The notes beneath the pieces were generated by a model. It did not search any database, was not told where the DNA came from, and saw only the letters and a list, made by a program, of their open reading frames with translations. A stretch of 64,000 nt of DNA from Ruditapes philippinarum (taxonomy: Eukaryota), in assembly GCF_026571515.1 (NCBI RefSeq), contig NW_026857392.1, positions 310,001 to 374,000 on the forward strand, in the 5' to 3' direction. Position 1 is the stretch's first letter. Each line of letters opens with the position of its first letter. The position numbers and the translations under genes are program-made. Shown here piece after piece: positions 1 to 13,555 of the stretch.

Positions 1-274
1 CTTCGTCTTGTTCACAGACAGACTTTTAAGGACTCTGAAACACTGTCATATCCCAAAGGAAGATTAATGTAAAAGTTAAGTATACAATAATGTGACTTGA
101 TGAAGAATGACAGCAAGGTTTGCATGATGCCTTTTTAATGTGTAATACTGAAAACCTCTTACTAGGATAAGTTAGGAATAATTTGTTCTTCAAACTTTCA
201 ACACACAAGTTCTCATAATGTCTATACATTTTTCGTATTTATTTAATGTTTTTTGTATGTTTGGTATATAGGTA

Positions 275-560
275 CCTTGCATGACCTTGACCCTTACATT
301 AGGATTAAGGTAAATAAGGTCAAGGTCACTGAAGAAAAAAATAGTGTTTTCCCTTAAAGAGCCTTCATTTAATCTCTCGTATTAAACTATATTTTAATCT
401 TTTGGTGGGGTTAAAAATTTTAAAGGTCAAGGTCACTGAAGAAAAAAAAAGTTGTTTCCCCATTTAATGACTTTCATCTACTTTAACTCTTGGTGGGGTT
501 TGAAGTTCTAAAGGTCAAGGTCACTGGTGATGAAAATTGATTGTCTACATCTCACTGCCC
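275..560. repeat. Remnant of an AAGGTCAAGGTCAC-type tandemly structured repeat element
   Basis: AAGGTCAAGGTCACTG at about 316, 423 and 510; the first two copies are followed by a TTGGTGGGGTT block; inverted TGACCTTGACC at 282. Confidence 0.7.
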
Positions 561-2542
561 TGATAGTTTGGACTGTGTCAAAGTGGCATAAATGAGGATT
601 CATTGAGGTCACCAATATATATTCATAATTTTTAAAGAAGATATTATAAAAATTCTTGTAAGTATTTATTGATATAATGACCTTTATTTCACCTTGGATC
701 AAGTTAGAATTTACCTTATATTTATCTCTCATTGTTTACTAGGCATTGTTTTACAGAGATTAGAGGGTATAGCATGTTTTCATATGTCAAGTGTGTGTTT
801 ATTCCAGGGCCTATAAAAACTGTATATTTAGATTTATAGACATTGACCAGTTGCTTCAAAGTTTCACATGTTTCTCAGGTGGTAGTTTAGATTATCTATT
901 GGCTACAGTGTTTACTGGTCTTTGACCTCAGTTCTCAAGGTTTTCCAGTTTCCTCTTTTTTTTCTGTCTACCTTTTTGGACTTATCTTACCATATCAATG
1001 TGTGTGTACCTTATCATTCTTTTTTGTCAGAAAAAAATGCTTGATTCTTTTTTTCTTATTTTTTCTCCAAGAAATGATGGGATTAATCGGCTTGAGATTA
1101 GTTTATTATTTTTGTTGTTATTGTTTATGATGTGTCAGATGAAATCATGTTTGCTTGATTGCAAATTAATGTTAACATCATGTTGATTTTCAGAAATTAG
1201 GATATGCATGGAATGTTCTGTGTACTTACAAATTAATGATTTAATTATGACTCTCATTAATTTAAGGTATTCTGATGTAATTAATTAAATTAATCTAGGT
1301 GGGTTTAACATATTTATATGTATATAAAACATGAAGAAAGAGGAAGCAGTGAAACTGGGATTTGAATCATGAAATGACGAGGCTGGACAACAATTTAAGG
1401 TGGTCAAATGATCTGTGATGTGAAGTCTTTAAATCATTCTGTAATTCTTTTTTTTCAATTATAGTGTATAATAATGAATATATAAAAGTAATGCGGAAAA
1501 ATATTCTTTATAATTGTCAATAACAGTGAAACATCCTGTGCCGATTGATAAAGCAGTGAAAATATTAAAGTAGTGTATCAAGTAGAGTAAATATGAAGTT
1601 GTTAATGAGCGCTTGATTAGATTTAAGTAAAAGGATGATACTTTCATATGGTAGAACGAATTCAGCTGGTTGGACTTTATCCAGAGTTGAGGAAATTATT
1701 TGATTGTGGCAACTGGTGGACCACACGCTGGTTGCCATATTGATGAGAACGCTTGCCTGGACGGCAACACAATGTAGCGGAACTCTGAAGGATTACGTGG
1801 ATTATGTAAATGTTACACGAAGGAATGCGTAGTATAATGACAATATAAGGATATGATATTATATAGTGTCAACACGTTTTTGTATTTTTATCACTTTAGG
1901 CCTTTTAGATTGCTATCCCTCGATAAAAATAAGTTATGGATGGTGAATTAGATGCTTTTTATGTCAATATGTCCTTTGAAAATGTTTTATTTATTCAAAG
2001 GGCTAGATTACTTGTGATGAATATTGCGGGATGAAATTCAGTGAATGTTAAGTAGGGAAAATTTATTGCGGTAAAATATTTTATTGGAATTTTTCGTGAT
2101 TTTTGTGTTATTCCTATGTTTGGAAAATGAATAGTACCTAACTGTGAGTTTTCATTATTGCTAATTGTGTACATGTGGAAGAGAATGTTGGGAACATCTG
2201 TTTATCTATTCCCCATATACAGTTTTCATTTAATGCAAATAAATTACGTTAGAGGAAAAAAACACTTAAAGTAATGTATTTGTTCTTTTATGTCTTACAT
2301 GTAGCAAATAACATCAAACTTCATAGGCTTTTTGTTGTATGTTCAGATTTAAAGTCTGATAAATGCAATTTACCCTGGATTTTTAGTGTAAATCTTCAGC
2401 TTAATTTGGTCTCATTAGCACCCACTGAAAAAGCAGTTTGTACTGTATGTGTGGAGTAAGGGTGCTTCAAAACTTTCTAATTGACCAGTTTGTGAATGCT
2501 AAATCTTGCTATTCAAAGTCAACCTTTTTAAGTACTATTAGT

Positions 2543-2742
2543 ACCCTTACCCTCATAAATAACTAAAATGGACTTGTCCATTTTTTGATCTTGACAAAAC
2601 CATTTATTATTTCTTGGGAAATTTTCATAAAATGCACAGACTGAATAGAAAAACAGTGATAAGTCTGCAATAATATGCCAGCTGCTATTGGTCTGCACTG
2701 GTTGCATGCATCTAAGATTGACATTTGCTCCCCAGCAGGCTT
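2543..2742 (+). mobile_element. Degenerate copy of a dispersed non-autonomous element family (ACCCTTACCCT start)
   Basis: Shares motifs AATGGACTTGTCCA, GACAAAACCAT, GACTGAATAG, GGTCTGCACTGGT and AGCAGGCTTA with the copy at about 9077-9304. Confidence 0.6.
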
Positions 2743-4277
2743 ATAAATTAATTAAGGTGAACAGATATATCTGAAAATTGATTATTGATGTATGTTTATA
2801 TTTTAATACCTCACATTTTAATAAGGATATCTGCCCATAATCTACTTCATAACAGCCAAACATAAATCAGTACAAAGACCTGAGTCTGAGATTAAAGGAA
2901 AGAAAAGGAAACTCTTTCGATATATCATCTCTCAAAACAGCCTGGTCATTTTATTATCCAAATGGGAAAGTTACAATTAGGGGTGCAAGGATTGGTGACA
3001 TTGAATTGAATGGAATTAAAATACAGTAATAACAAATCAAGAATGGATTTGTCAGCTCTGAATCACTGTTCAGCATAAACGGGAGTAATTCACTCCTATT
3101 CCTACTCTTGGTTTGAAGATGGTCCTTAAAGCACATGTTTAACTGTATTATAGGAAAACAAAATGTAAAGACCATATGGTGTGTGTCATTTCTTTAATAA
3201 AGTAAGATATATGTTTTAAATGGTACAGAGATATTCAAGATGAATGTATGGAGAAGTATAAATGATTCTAAGATAACATGTTATTGCTGTAAGCCTTATA
3301 GTAATTAAGATAAAGTCATTTTATTGCCTAACCTGTAATCTGATTTGAAATATGGCATGTGTGAGAAAATGATAAAAACTAAGAATGGTTGCTCTGTAAT
3401 TATAATAGTAGTTCTTACAGTTCAGAAATAATCGGAAACCGATTGTCAAAAATACAGCGAATTGCTTTTGTTTTCACTAATCTGAAAAAGGGATATAAAG
3501 TTTTTGTAAAATTATCTCCAGTAGGTGATAATTATTATTTTTGTATATAGATAAGTTCAGGTAATACATCAGCAATGCTTTGTTCCGCAAATAATTTCAG
3601 TGTTCTTTTAAAACTTTACTGAAAATCAAGATACATTATTTAGTCTTTTTTATTGCCTGGTTGGGTCCATCCAAACTATTTTGTAGAGTTATTACCCTTG
3701 TATGAAACAATGATTAATTAATCAATTAATACATTAATTTAATTGGCATCATTGGAATTCCTATATATGATTTACAATCTTTGTACTTATTACATTAGGC
3801 TTTCACTCATTAATTTTAATAAACTTGTTTTATAAGGCAGATATTAAAATGATAATATTATAACAATAATTATGATGATAATAATACTACGGAATTATGA
3901 TAATTCTGAACGATTGTTTTATAACTTTAGTCATGTCTCGTGAAACTGGCTGATTCATCATAAAACTTAGAAAAAAAAAATCTAATTCTTTGGCATGAAC
4001 AGAAACAGTATTGTTGTATATACTCTAAACAAAGGAACATATATATATTTATATATATATGTGTTGTGACAGCTTTATAATGGCACCATTTGTTACATCA
4101 TCCTTTTATATTATCAGAATAAATATAATTACAGATGTTCACTTACATGTTGGATGATGTCATTTTAGAATTTATCAGATACATGTATATAATAATTATT
4201 ATACATTTCAAGTGATATAACTATCTTATTTTGCCTTTAAATATTTAAGACGCTTACATTGAAGTCTGGCCTTAGAA

Positions 4278-4640
4278 CCATTATTCTGCAAACAGCAACT
4301 GAAATATGCCAATGCGACCAGTGCGGACCAAGAGCAGCTTGCACAACCATGCTATCTGATCATGGGCTGCACTGAATGCTATACAGTCAGTACTAGGTCA
4401 GAGATTATAGAAAATTACCTTATCTCAAACTCATCTCTCAGGTATTTGATTGGTTGTTCAGAAAAAACAGAATATGCACTGACCAAGGAAAATCCTGAAA
4501 ATTCAAGACATTATTTCAGAGAAAAGTTTCTTTAAACCTGGTGGCCATAGGTTTTCCTGAAAAGTGATGAATCAGGTCTTAATTGATTGATTAAAAGATG
4601 GACAAGCCTATTTAAGATATTTAGTGCGGTTTGGGTATAA
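4278..4640 (-). mobile_element. Degenerate copy of the same family, reverse orientation, with about 130 bp of extra internal sequence
   Basis: GCGACCAGTGCGGACCAAGAGCAGC...GCTATACAGTC near the start and AAAGATGGACAAGCCTATTTAAGATATTTAG near the end. Confidence 0.5.
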
Positions 4641-4790
4641 TCATATCAGGATAAATATGTATAACATTTAAGTATATAAACCTAACATTATTACAAAAAT
4701 TATAATTTGTGAAAATATTCATGAGAATTTTAGAATATGTGAGAATGACCTGTCTATAAGAATAAGCAAAAATGTAGTGTTACTAGTCAG

Positions 4791-5097
4791 CAAGCTTCAG
4801 CTCAGTGGGGTAGGCATCAGATTTGTCATCCAAAGGTCCCTGGTTCAATCCTCAAGCAAGACAAAATTTCTCATTGACAATAATTGTTCTTGGACATGTT
4901 ACAGTGGTTTCTCGTAGCTGATTTAGAAATTATGTGGGAGTAGTATCAGTCACTTACAGAACAATTTGTTATGACCGGAAGCTGGTTTATGGTGGACTGA
5001 CCGCCAACATACATGACATATGACAAAAAAATTGTTATTTACTTAAAATCGTTGTAAAACCCAAACAAACAAACAAAGCAATTTATGTATTAACTTA
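4791..5097 (+). mobile_element. tRNA-derived SINE (Meta-SINE-like body)
   Basis: A-box-like AGCTCAGTGGGGTAG, B-box-like GGTTCAATCC, and a 3' tail TAAAACCCAAACAAACAAACAAA. Confidence 0.7.
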
Positions 5098-5692
5098 TAA
5101 CAATGTCATGCAGTTTTTTTATACATATACATATTAATTGTTTCATGTATGTAGCATGATTCAACAAGTATTTTGATTAATATATAATTATGTGAACAGG
5201 TGGAAGTGTCACTTTTGTTTCATTATTGTTAATATTTTTTTTCCTCAGATTATTTTGTAAATAATTAAGTTGTTTGTTTTTTGTGAGGTATTTAATTTAA
5301 TATCTTTATGAGGTCACTACAAAACAGTGTTGGTTCCTGGTCTCAGGTGCCAACATCTGCCTGAAATTATGCACCATCCGAGAGGCACCACCAAACTTGG
5401 ACCATTACAGGTGTCAGTTTGACTTAAAATCCCAGCTAAAAAAAGAACATATTCTCATATTTTGACAAATTTTGAGGCACTATCCTTGAGTGGTACAAAA
5501 ATTGATTAAATCATTACATTTTGATGAACAAGATGGATGCCTGTATACTATATATAGAAATATGACTTAAATGACATCTTCTTTTCAATCGCTTGGCTAA
5601 TTTTGTTAAAATTTCACAGAAATGACATATTAATAATGAAATCTTGTCCATGTTTACCAGCTCCTTGGTAGTATGCAAACAGATCACTGTTA

Positions 5693-6275
5693 GGCCGCTA
5701 TTCCATTTATACGTGATCAGTGGTCCGCGTCCGTCATCCGCGTCCGCTCCCGATTCGCTAATCAAAGAATACGTTGAATCTATTCCTTTTGTCCGTTTAC
5801 CATCCGCTTCCGCGACGGCATCCGCGACGTTTTGCAAGATGAGCGATTTTTTACGGACGCGGACAGTTGCGGACATGTCTCATCCCTACAAAATGCCTCG
5901 AACGAAATTAAATACTTTATCGATTTCGAAAGAAAATACTAAAAAGCTCACCAAAATAGTGTGGGAGAACCTATAAGTTTATGATGCAGCAATGACAGAT
6001 TAAAAAAAAACAACATCTGGTCTTCGGTTGCTAAAGAGATGTTATTTGAAAACCTAACTGATGTTCAATGTTTGTTACCTAATTCCTTGATGTTACAACT
6101 GTTTTTGGTATTAGAATGAAATTATATCATATTCTACAAATAATTATCCTCTGTTCGCTATACTTCAATTAAAAGTATATAGAAAATAACGTACCTATGG
6201 AATAATACCCACGGACATGCCCGGACACGGATTACTGACGCGGGTCACGGATCACGTACTAATGGAATAGCGGCC
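5693..6275 (+). mobile_element. Non-autonomous PIF/Harbinger-type DNA transposon
   Basis: TIRs GGCCGCTATTCCATT...AATGGAATAGCGGCC with further imperfect inverted similarity. TTA target-site duplication at 5690-5692 and 6276-6278. CpG-rich with subterminal TCCG/CGGA repeats. Confidence 0.9.
5893..6041 (+). pseudogene. Decayed MADF/Myb-SANT-like ORF inside the Harbinger element
   Basis: MPRTKLNTLSISKENTKKLTKIVWENL*VYDAAMTD*K, then after a frameshift NIWSSVAKEM. This resembles the MADF pattern L...V...P.LYD....DYK......W..IA.EL. Confidence 0.6.
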
Positions 6276-7117
6276 TTAGAGTCAGAAAATAGTCATGTGG
6301 CTTACAGGCCGCGTGCTTTCACTGCAACCCGAAATATTTTTGCTAAGATAAAAATTTAAAATGATAAGAGCTTTTCTAATCTAGGTATTAAATAAGTAAA
6401 AAAAAATCTTTAAAATCTAAACTTTCTCTGAAATACTTCCCTTTATTTAATCAAAAAACAGTTCTACAATTAAAGAGAGAATGAAATAAATTTATGCAAT
6501 TTTTATGACAAGATGAAAACATTGTCAAATTATGAAAATTATTGTCATTTTTTAAACTTGGGGGGGAAAAAAATTTGATACATAGGGATCATGAACCGTA
6601 GAGAAAAATTGTCATCTTAATATATACCTATCTAAGTGTTATGATATTTAGATCAGCAGGAAAGATAAATGGATGGTGTCAACTTAAAGAATTTTATGAA
6701 TAGTTAAATTAAGGTGTGAGGCGACATAATTTTGATAAATAGCAAACCTTTTTCATACATTTTAGGAGTATCTGTTACAAATTATATTTTTTATAAATTT
6801 TCTTTCAATATTATTGGGTAAAATACAGGTCAACTTTTTTTTTTCGAAATGGTTTAGATCTTTATCATTTTGTCATATTTCTGTATGTGAAAAATTCTTA
6901 TCGATTATGTTAATTATCTGTTAATATTTTTTGGGGAAAATTTACCAGGGTCTGTCATATGTACAAAAAACATTTCAGTTCAATGATGCTAAAATGATTT
7001 AATAGCAAAAACATCATTTTGAATAGATTAATTTTGATGTGATAATATTTACATGTATAAGGATGGTACATTTGGTAAATATTTCAACAGTTATTAATGG
7101 GTAGTACAGTTGAATTA

Positions 7118-7332
7118 AGTCTTGTTTTACTGTAAGAAAGGGAGGTAATTCTATTTTACAGTCAGAAAAGGAATTTCTTGTTTTGTAGTAAGAAAGGGAG
7201 GTAAATTATGTTTTACAGTAAGAAAGAGAGGTAACTCTTGTGGTATAGGAAAAAAGGGAGGTAATTTTCCTTTAAACAGTAGGAAAAAAGGAAAAATTCT
7301 TCTTGTACAGTAAGAAAGGGAGGTAATTTTCC
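7118..7332. repeat. Degenerate tandem repeat, about 29-30-bp unit (TTTACAGTAAGAAAGGGAGGTAATTCTTG), about 7 copies
   Basis: Recurrent AAAGGGAGGTAA / CAGTAAGAAAG motifs. Confidence 0.8.
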
Positions 7333-9076
7333 TGTGGTTTCAGCAAATGCATTTATACTTTGATATCATGATTATCCAGAACTACTTTAAAAAAATCCAG
7401 TAAATAATAATAAATTTCCTTAAGCATTTTAGTACATCTTGACTTTGTTCTAAATATTGTCACCAAAAACAGGTCATAAGTGAAACAAGGAAAACAAAGT
7501 CCGGCTTTATACAGTACTAAAATCACTTCAATGATTTATTTGAAGGACATTTAGATATGTATAATTTATATATAATAAGTAAATATTATTGCCAATGCAT
7601 GCAATCATATTTATTTTAAAAAAAAACAGAATGGGAAAGTGGGGGGATTCAGTTTAATTCATTTCATACTTAATATAGTGACAGTAGTTTCGAGTTTTCT
7701 ATATCTTAGCCATAAATATTTTGAAATGATTTATGTGGCTGAGGCAAATATAACTTTTATGACTGCCCTGAAAGTTAGTATTTTATGAATTTTAACGAAG
7801 AAGAAAGAGTTATGTTTCTGTTTGGGTCACCGATTTTAATTGTTTCATATTTTCTCATTCATCAAAACTAAGGTTGTTGTGATATTCAAAAGTTGAAATG
7901 TACTTATCTATTTTAGCTTTTTAAAAGTAACAGATGGTTTTTGGATTTTAATTAAGGGTTATGTTTTGTTGTTTATATAACCATTCCATTTTGAAAAGGA
8001 CATATAACACAAGAAAGAGAGCGGATGTTTTTGGATAAATAATTTATAAAAATTATATAAATAATTGCTATTGTATCAAATGACTACACTGAGGGGCAGG
8101 GGGAGGGAATTTCAATATTATGTTGTAATTCTCATCTATATTTTTGATCAATCTTTAAAAGCTTTTATTTTAAGAACAATGCAGTAATGATTGACCGACA
8201 ATCTCTGTTCTGAGGCATAAACCTAATGACTGGACATATAGATCAAATAGAGCAGTCTGTAAAACAACGGAAATGTGGAAAGTTTAGTTAAGAACTTAAA
8301 AATATATAAAATATGAGTTTGCTACTAAAGTATTGTTAAAAGTATTAGAAGGATGCTGATTGATGTGTAGATAATGAAATACTGTCAATATATAGATATT
8401 TACGCATCTAGCCAGGATATTAACTTGAAACTTGAATTTAGTGTGGAAATAAAGGGAGATAATAAGTTTAAGTGATAATACTTGAGAATTTATGACGGAT
8501 TTCCTGTGCAACTGGTATAATATGATAAGATTTTAGCTTTTGTTTACTTAAAAGTAATTAGCTTAGATGATAATTAGTGGAAAGGAAATTTAAGGATTTT
8601 ATATTGTGTAGTATAAGGATGTTATATATATTGTTTTGTAAGGTCAGTGAAAATCGTCCCCCCTTTCATCAGATTATTCTTTGGCTTTTGCAAAGGTTTG
8701 AAATTTTGTAGTTTGACTTGTAGGTGTTGACAAATCTTGATTCTTAGCAAATATGTTGGGTCTGTTTCTTTCTTATTTCATTAAGTGAATTTAAGAATAC
8801 TGCTGGTGCCTGGCTGAATTGTGATGTTTTCTTTTAGCTAATGGTATTGTAAATTAATATTCAGGTTACTGGTGGCTGTCATGCAAGTTTGTTGACTGTA
8901 TTGCAGCCATTGTGAGATAGATAAGTTGAATAAGTGTCTAATGATTTACAAGATGATTTCATCAGGCATGGTTTTACTTCTATGTAGTTTCATCAGAAAT
9001 ATCCACAGACTTCCTTTGCAAGACTCTCACTCAAAGCCGTTCAATGAAATATGAGTTTAATAGTGTTGGGCTTAGT

Positions 9077-9304
9077 TTAAACTCATATCAGGCTAAATAT
9101 CTTAAACAGAATTGTCCGTCTATTAATCTGGACAAAACCATGCATGATTTTAAGGGGAAAATTTATAATTTAAATATGTACCGACTGAATAGCAAGGAGT
9201 GCAGACCAATTAATTTTACAGCACAGATGTGCTGGCTGATCTTGGACTACACTGGTGACACATTGGATAGCTTTAGTTGCCGCAAGCAGGCTTAGCAAGG
9301 GGTA
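9077..9304 (+). mobile_element. Degenerate copy of the same family
   Basis: GCTAAATATCTTAAA, TTGTCC, GGACAAAACCAT, GACTGAATAGC, CTGGCTGATCTTGGACTACACTGGT and AGCAGGCTTA occur in the same order as at 2543-2742. Confidence 0.6.
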
Positions 9305-10966
9305 ATCATAACAGGTCAACCTGGTTACCATGCCTGCAAAATATAGCTAAGTAGACTATAAACTAGGGTCTATCATAATCGTCTTCCATGCCTGCAAAAT
9401 ATAAGTACATGTATATAGTAACAAACTTTTTTTTCTAAGCTTTATAACAAGTTTATATTAACCTCTTCTTCCTTGCTTCTTTAAAAAGGAGTTGAAGTAT
9501 AAGTGTCAGTTCATTTCCTTACAATCAAGGCTTTAAAATATCCACATCTCAATTGTCATGAGGTACAAGTCATTTTGGGAACAGATAATGAAGGATTTGG
9601 GGAGGGCCTTGAAAGGGTTTTTAAGGATTGCATAAGTTGATAAGATAGGGAACGGGACCACATGATCCCTGACCTTTTACTGGTGTTCTCAATGGTTAAA
9701 CAGTTAAGGACATCCTGAATTTTAAGGTTTTTCTATCATATTGTCAGTATGAGTGTTTCACCTTGAATAAATGTTTGAAATATTAAGCTGAGACTATGGA
9801 AAACATGCTTTGCTTTTTTTTGTTATATTCAAAGCAAATTGAATAGAATTTTGTTAGATATTTATTAAAGACAAATGGATGTAAAGTCGGAAAGGAGTTA
9901 CATATAGTCATAACAGGAACATTAACACTTTCAATGGGGAATGAGGAAATAAATATAAGTTAATTGTATGTAATGCTTTTATGCTTGACTCCATGCCAAT
10001 TAAATGTTGTTAATTGTATAAAAATAGCTAATTAACAGTTTTGCAGTGCATAAAGTTGCATATTGAAGTAGTTTGTTCAGAGGAAGAACTGCTGGTAACC
10101 ATAAAGGTTTAAGAAACTTGCGAAGAGCCTGCATAATGTAAGGAAAAAGTGCTTTTATAATGTTATTGTGGATTTTGCATTAAAGGGGGATAATATTTAA
10201 TACAGTATTTGCAATTTTGAATTTTGAAGCTTACTGCTATGTAACTGTTTATCATTCAAACGCATTGTTAACATCTCATAGTGAATTCAAAGCTCTTTTG
10301 CAATCTGAAAATATTGATGAAATTGTCTGAAGAGTTATAAGAACAACATTTATAAGCAAATTTAAAAGTTTATATGATTCAAACACCATATATGTCAAGA
10401 GAAAGTAGTTCTTAGTTATAAGGTTAAAACAATACAAATTTCACCTGTTTTTTCCTCTTTTTTTCACAAATTTCTTGCAATATTGTTTGTCAAAGGAAGT
10501 AAAGATCATGGTTATCAATAATCTGTAAAATTTAGATACCGGTACATATTTTCGTTGAAAACCTTTTGCAGAACAAGAATAGCCAATTGATATATGGAAT
10601 GACTCATTACAGTATATTTATAATTACACACATATATGTATATATATTGTATTGAGATAGCATCATATAATTTCTACATAATTAGTAGGTAACAACATGT
10701 TCTTTATTAGCCAGACAGTTTAGAAAATGTGAGGCGGATGCAATTACTGGAACATTTTAGCACAAATATGCCATGAAAACAAAAACATATTATAATATAG
10801 CATGAAGGAATATTATATGTACGGAGCAGTGCAATAAAGGAAATATGTGCAATGAAAACTGGATTAGTAATAAAAACTGAGAAAGAAAAATTAATATGGA
10901 GGGAAAAAATGAGGAAGTGAAATAAGTTTCAGGGAAGGAAAATATTATGGTACAAGGATAATAAAA

Positions 10967-11108
10967 ATGGCAAGAGCTTCTTTTCCAAATTCGTCCTCAA
11001 GCAAAGATAAATATAAGACTTGGGGGCGGAGCTTTAGTGAGAGGGTACGATGGATGGGCCTACCTTTCGAAGACCCGTTCAAATCTATCCGAAGGAAAAA
11101 AGTTAAAG
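10967..11108 (+). CDS. Putative alternative first coding exon A of the RhoGAP gene (47 aa: MARASFPNSSSSKDKYKTWGRSFSERVRWMGLPFEDPFKSIRRKKVK)
   Basis: Start context aaaATGG, GC-richer than flanks, 142 nt = 47 codons + 1, strong donor AAG|gtaagc. The final G plus AA at 53379 rebuilds the Glu codon in frame. Confidence 0.8.
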
Positions 11109-12936
11109 GTAAGCAATATGTAAAACTGAATATTTTGTACTCAATATTTAAAATTTATTATCATCAATTAAAGATGCATTTTTCACAAAACTGAATAAAA
11201 CTATTGCCTTGACACACTTGTGTTGCATTGTCGGAACGAAATTCTGGAAACCAAATATAAAAGACATTGTTGTAACCTTTATTGATAATTGCATAAGTCA
11301 AATTTAAAACTTAATCTATTTTGAGTATATTGGTTACACAGACCTGATACAATTATTTGCTCTTCATTTTAAATGAAATAATTTCAAGTGATTTATATGT
11401 TATTGAGATAATTACCTCCCTTTATATCCCTTGTTATCTCTTATCTAACATTATTATCTCCCTTTATCTATGTCCCTATCTTCACAGTAATAGTATAATC
11501 TGCCAGATGTTACATAAGGAAGGTGATTTGATGAACATGGGGGTATATCTGGAAAGCTCAGATTAGTTTTGCAAATATTTGATTTCTGCTGATACTGATA
11601 ATCTATTACAACCAATGTTTATATCTCTTCAGATACTCTGTTTAATTCTTACTACTTTGTACGCAATATTAATTCTTATTACTGTTCTTTGTACCAACTA
11701 TTGCGAATATAGCATCACCTGTCTATATCCTTACCACTGGAAAATCTAATTTCATTTGTTTTGAGTTTTCTGATTTTCAGGTATTCTTCTCTTATTTGTA
11801 CAGCATCAGTAATATTAAAGATAAGACAGAGATAAGTAATAGATGCTTTTGACTTATCATTAGTAACTGACTGGTACCTATTTTAGTAAATATAATTATA
11901 CTGGATTGCATCTGTTAATAGTTATGTCCTTTTATAATGAAAGTAAAATAATACGTTTTGTCACACACCTGTGTCGTTTTTGCGATTCCGTAAAAACGGT
12001 GTTGTTCTTGCGGTGGATATATTTTGATGTGGCGTTATACAACATTTCACTTTGTGCGCGTCATTGTAAAAGTGATTCTTTTTCACTGTAAACATTTTTT
12101 ATTTGGGTATTGGATAAATAGAATGTTATATTCATGTACATTCAATACTAAAGTTATTGAACATGTTGAATAAATTTAGTATTGAACCCACACTTATTCA
12201 GTATCCTCTGCATATACTATACTATATAAGAGCTTTGAATTTGCAGTTGCAACACATAATTTTCACCAGTGACCTAAATTTTACTTCTAAATTTAACTTT
12301 AAAAATATACTTAATTTGTTGCAAATAACTTATAGTAAATAATACAAGTGTATTAATATATGTCATTATTACTTGTTCTTTTCTCTTACATGAAAAAGTC
12401 TTTAGTTACCATGGTCACGTAACTTTTTGACAAGTATAACATAGATGACAGAGTAGATTTGTTTATCTGCTGTCACAATATCACTTATATGTCATTATTT
12501 TTACACCTTAGAGCAACAACAAATATTAGACGGTCACTGTCTTAATACATGTGTGTACATTTACACGGTAATAAAACAACAGTAAACAATAATTATACAC
12601 TGTTGTTTTTTCTCGGTGACAATGCAAATGTTTGATATTTGAACAGTTTATTAATGATGTAGTGGTATAAAAAGTGTGTAATGGACGGTATACTATATTA
12701 GATGGATTAAATATATTTGAACAATGACTGGTAGGTTCTTATATTTGTTGAATTCTTTAACTGTTGTTTTTCTGGTGTATTTATTAATGGTGTAAATGAG
12801 GGTGTTGGTCAGGTATTTATTTATAGTATACATTGTTCTTTCAGACAGCTGAGAATATTGTGTTTATGCTATATACATATATGGTATATAATTTGTTTAG
12901 TGGTTTTTATGATGTTATATTTAACATTAAATTATT

Positions 12937-13555
12937 ATTCTTAGAGTCCTAAATCAGACTGCATGTAGAGCATAGATATTTAGTTTGTCCATTTATTATA
13001 ATTCAGTCATAAATTTGTGTAGAAATTGAAACAGCTTTTTGATTTCTTAAAATCTGAAACGAATACTTATAAGTATATGTATTATTTCTGCCGACAGTAT
13101 TTAACTATTATTTAAGCTTGCAGTTTTGCTTAGTTCCTTTTCCTTATTGGTTGCAGTAGTGACAGCAGTTTCTAAAAGTAAATTGACTTATTCTAAATCA
13201 GCTGTAAATTGAACTTTTGATTTCAATATCTAAATTAACTAATTAGATTTGTACATCAATTAGTATATTCTTAGAGTCCTAAATCAGAGTGAATGGAGAG
13301 CATAGTAAGTTTGTCCATTTCCTTATAATTTAGCCATAAATGTGTGTAGAAATTGAACTCATTAATTACTTAAAATCTGAAATGGTCTTAAAAGTATATG
13401 CATTATTTCTGCGCTAAATTAGTCTGACAGTAATTAACTATATGCTTGCAGTTTTGCTTAATTCCTTTCCCTCAACAATAATATATTGGTTGCAATAGTT
13501 TCAAGCTAGTAGCTAGTTTCAAGTCTTTCCTATATCACCTGTAAAGTTGACTTTT
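12937..13555. repeat. Diverged direct tandem duplication of about 330 bp
   Basis: ATTCTTAGAGTCCTAAATCAGA at 12937 and 13267, with colinear similarity afterwards (CTTAAAATCTGAAA, GCTTGCAGTTTTGCTTA). Confidence 0.85.

Noticed and set aside
5514-5976. The 120-aa and 110-aa ORFs as host genes
   Set aside because: They are open because they cross the GC-rich Harbinger arm; only the last part relates to the decayed MADF-like ORF.
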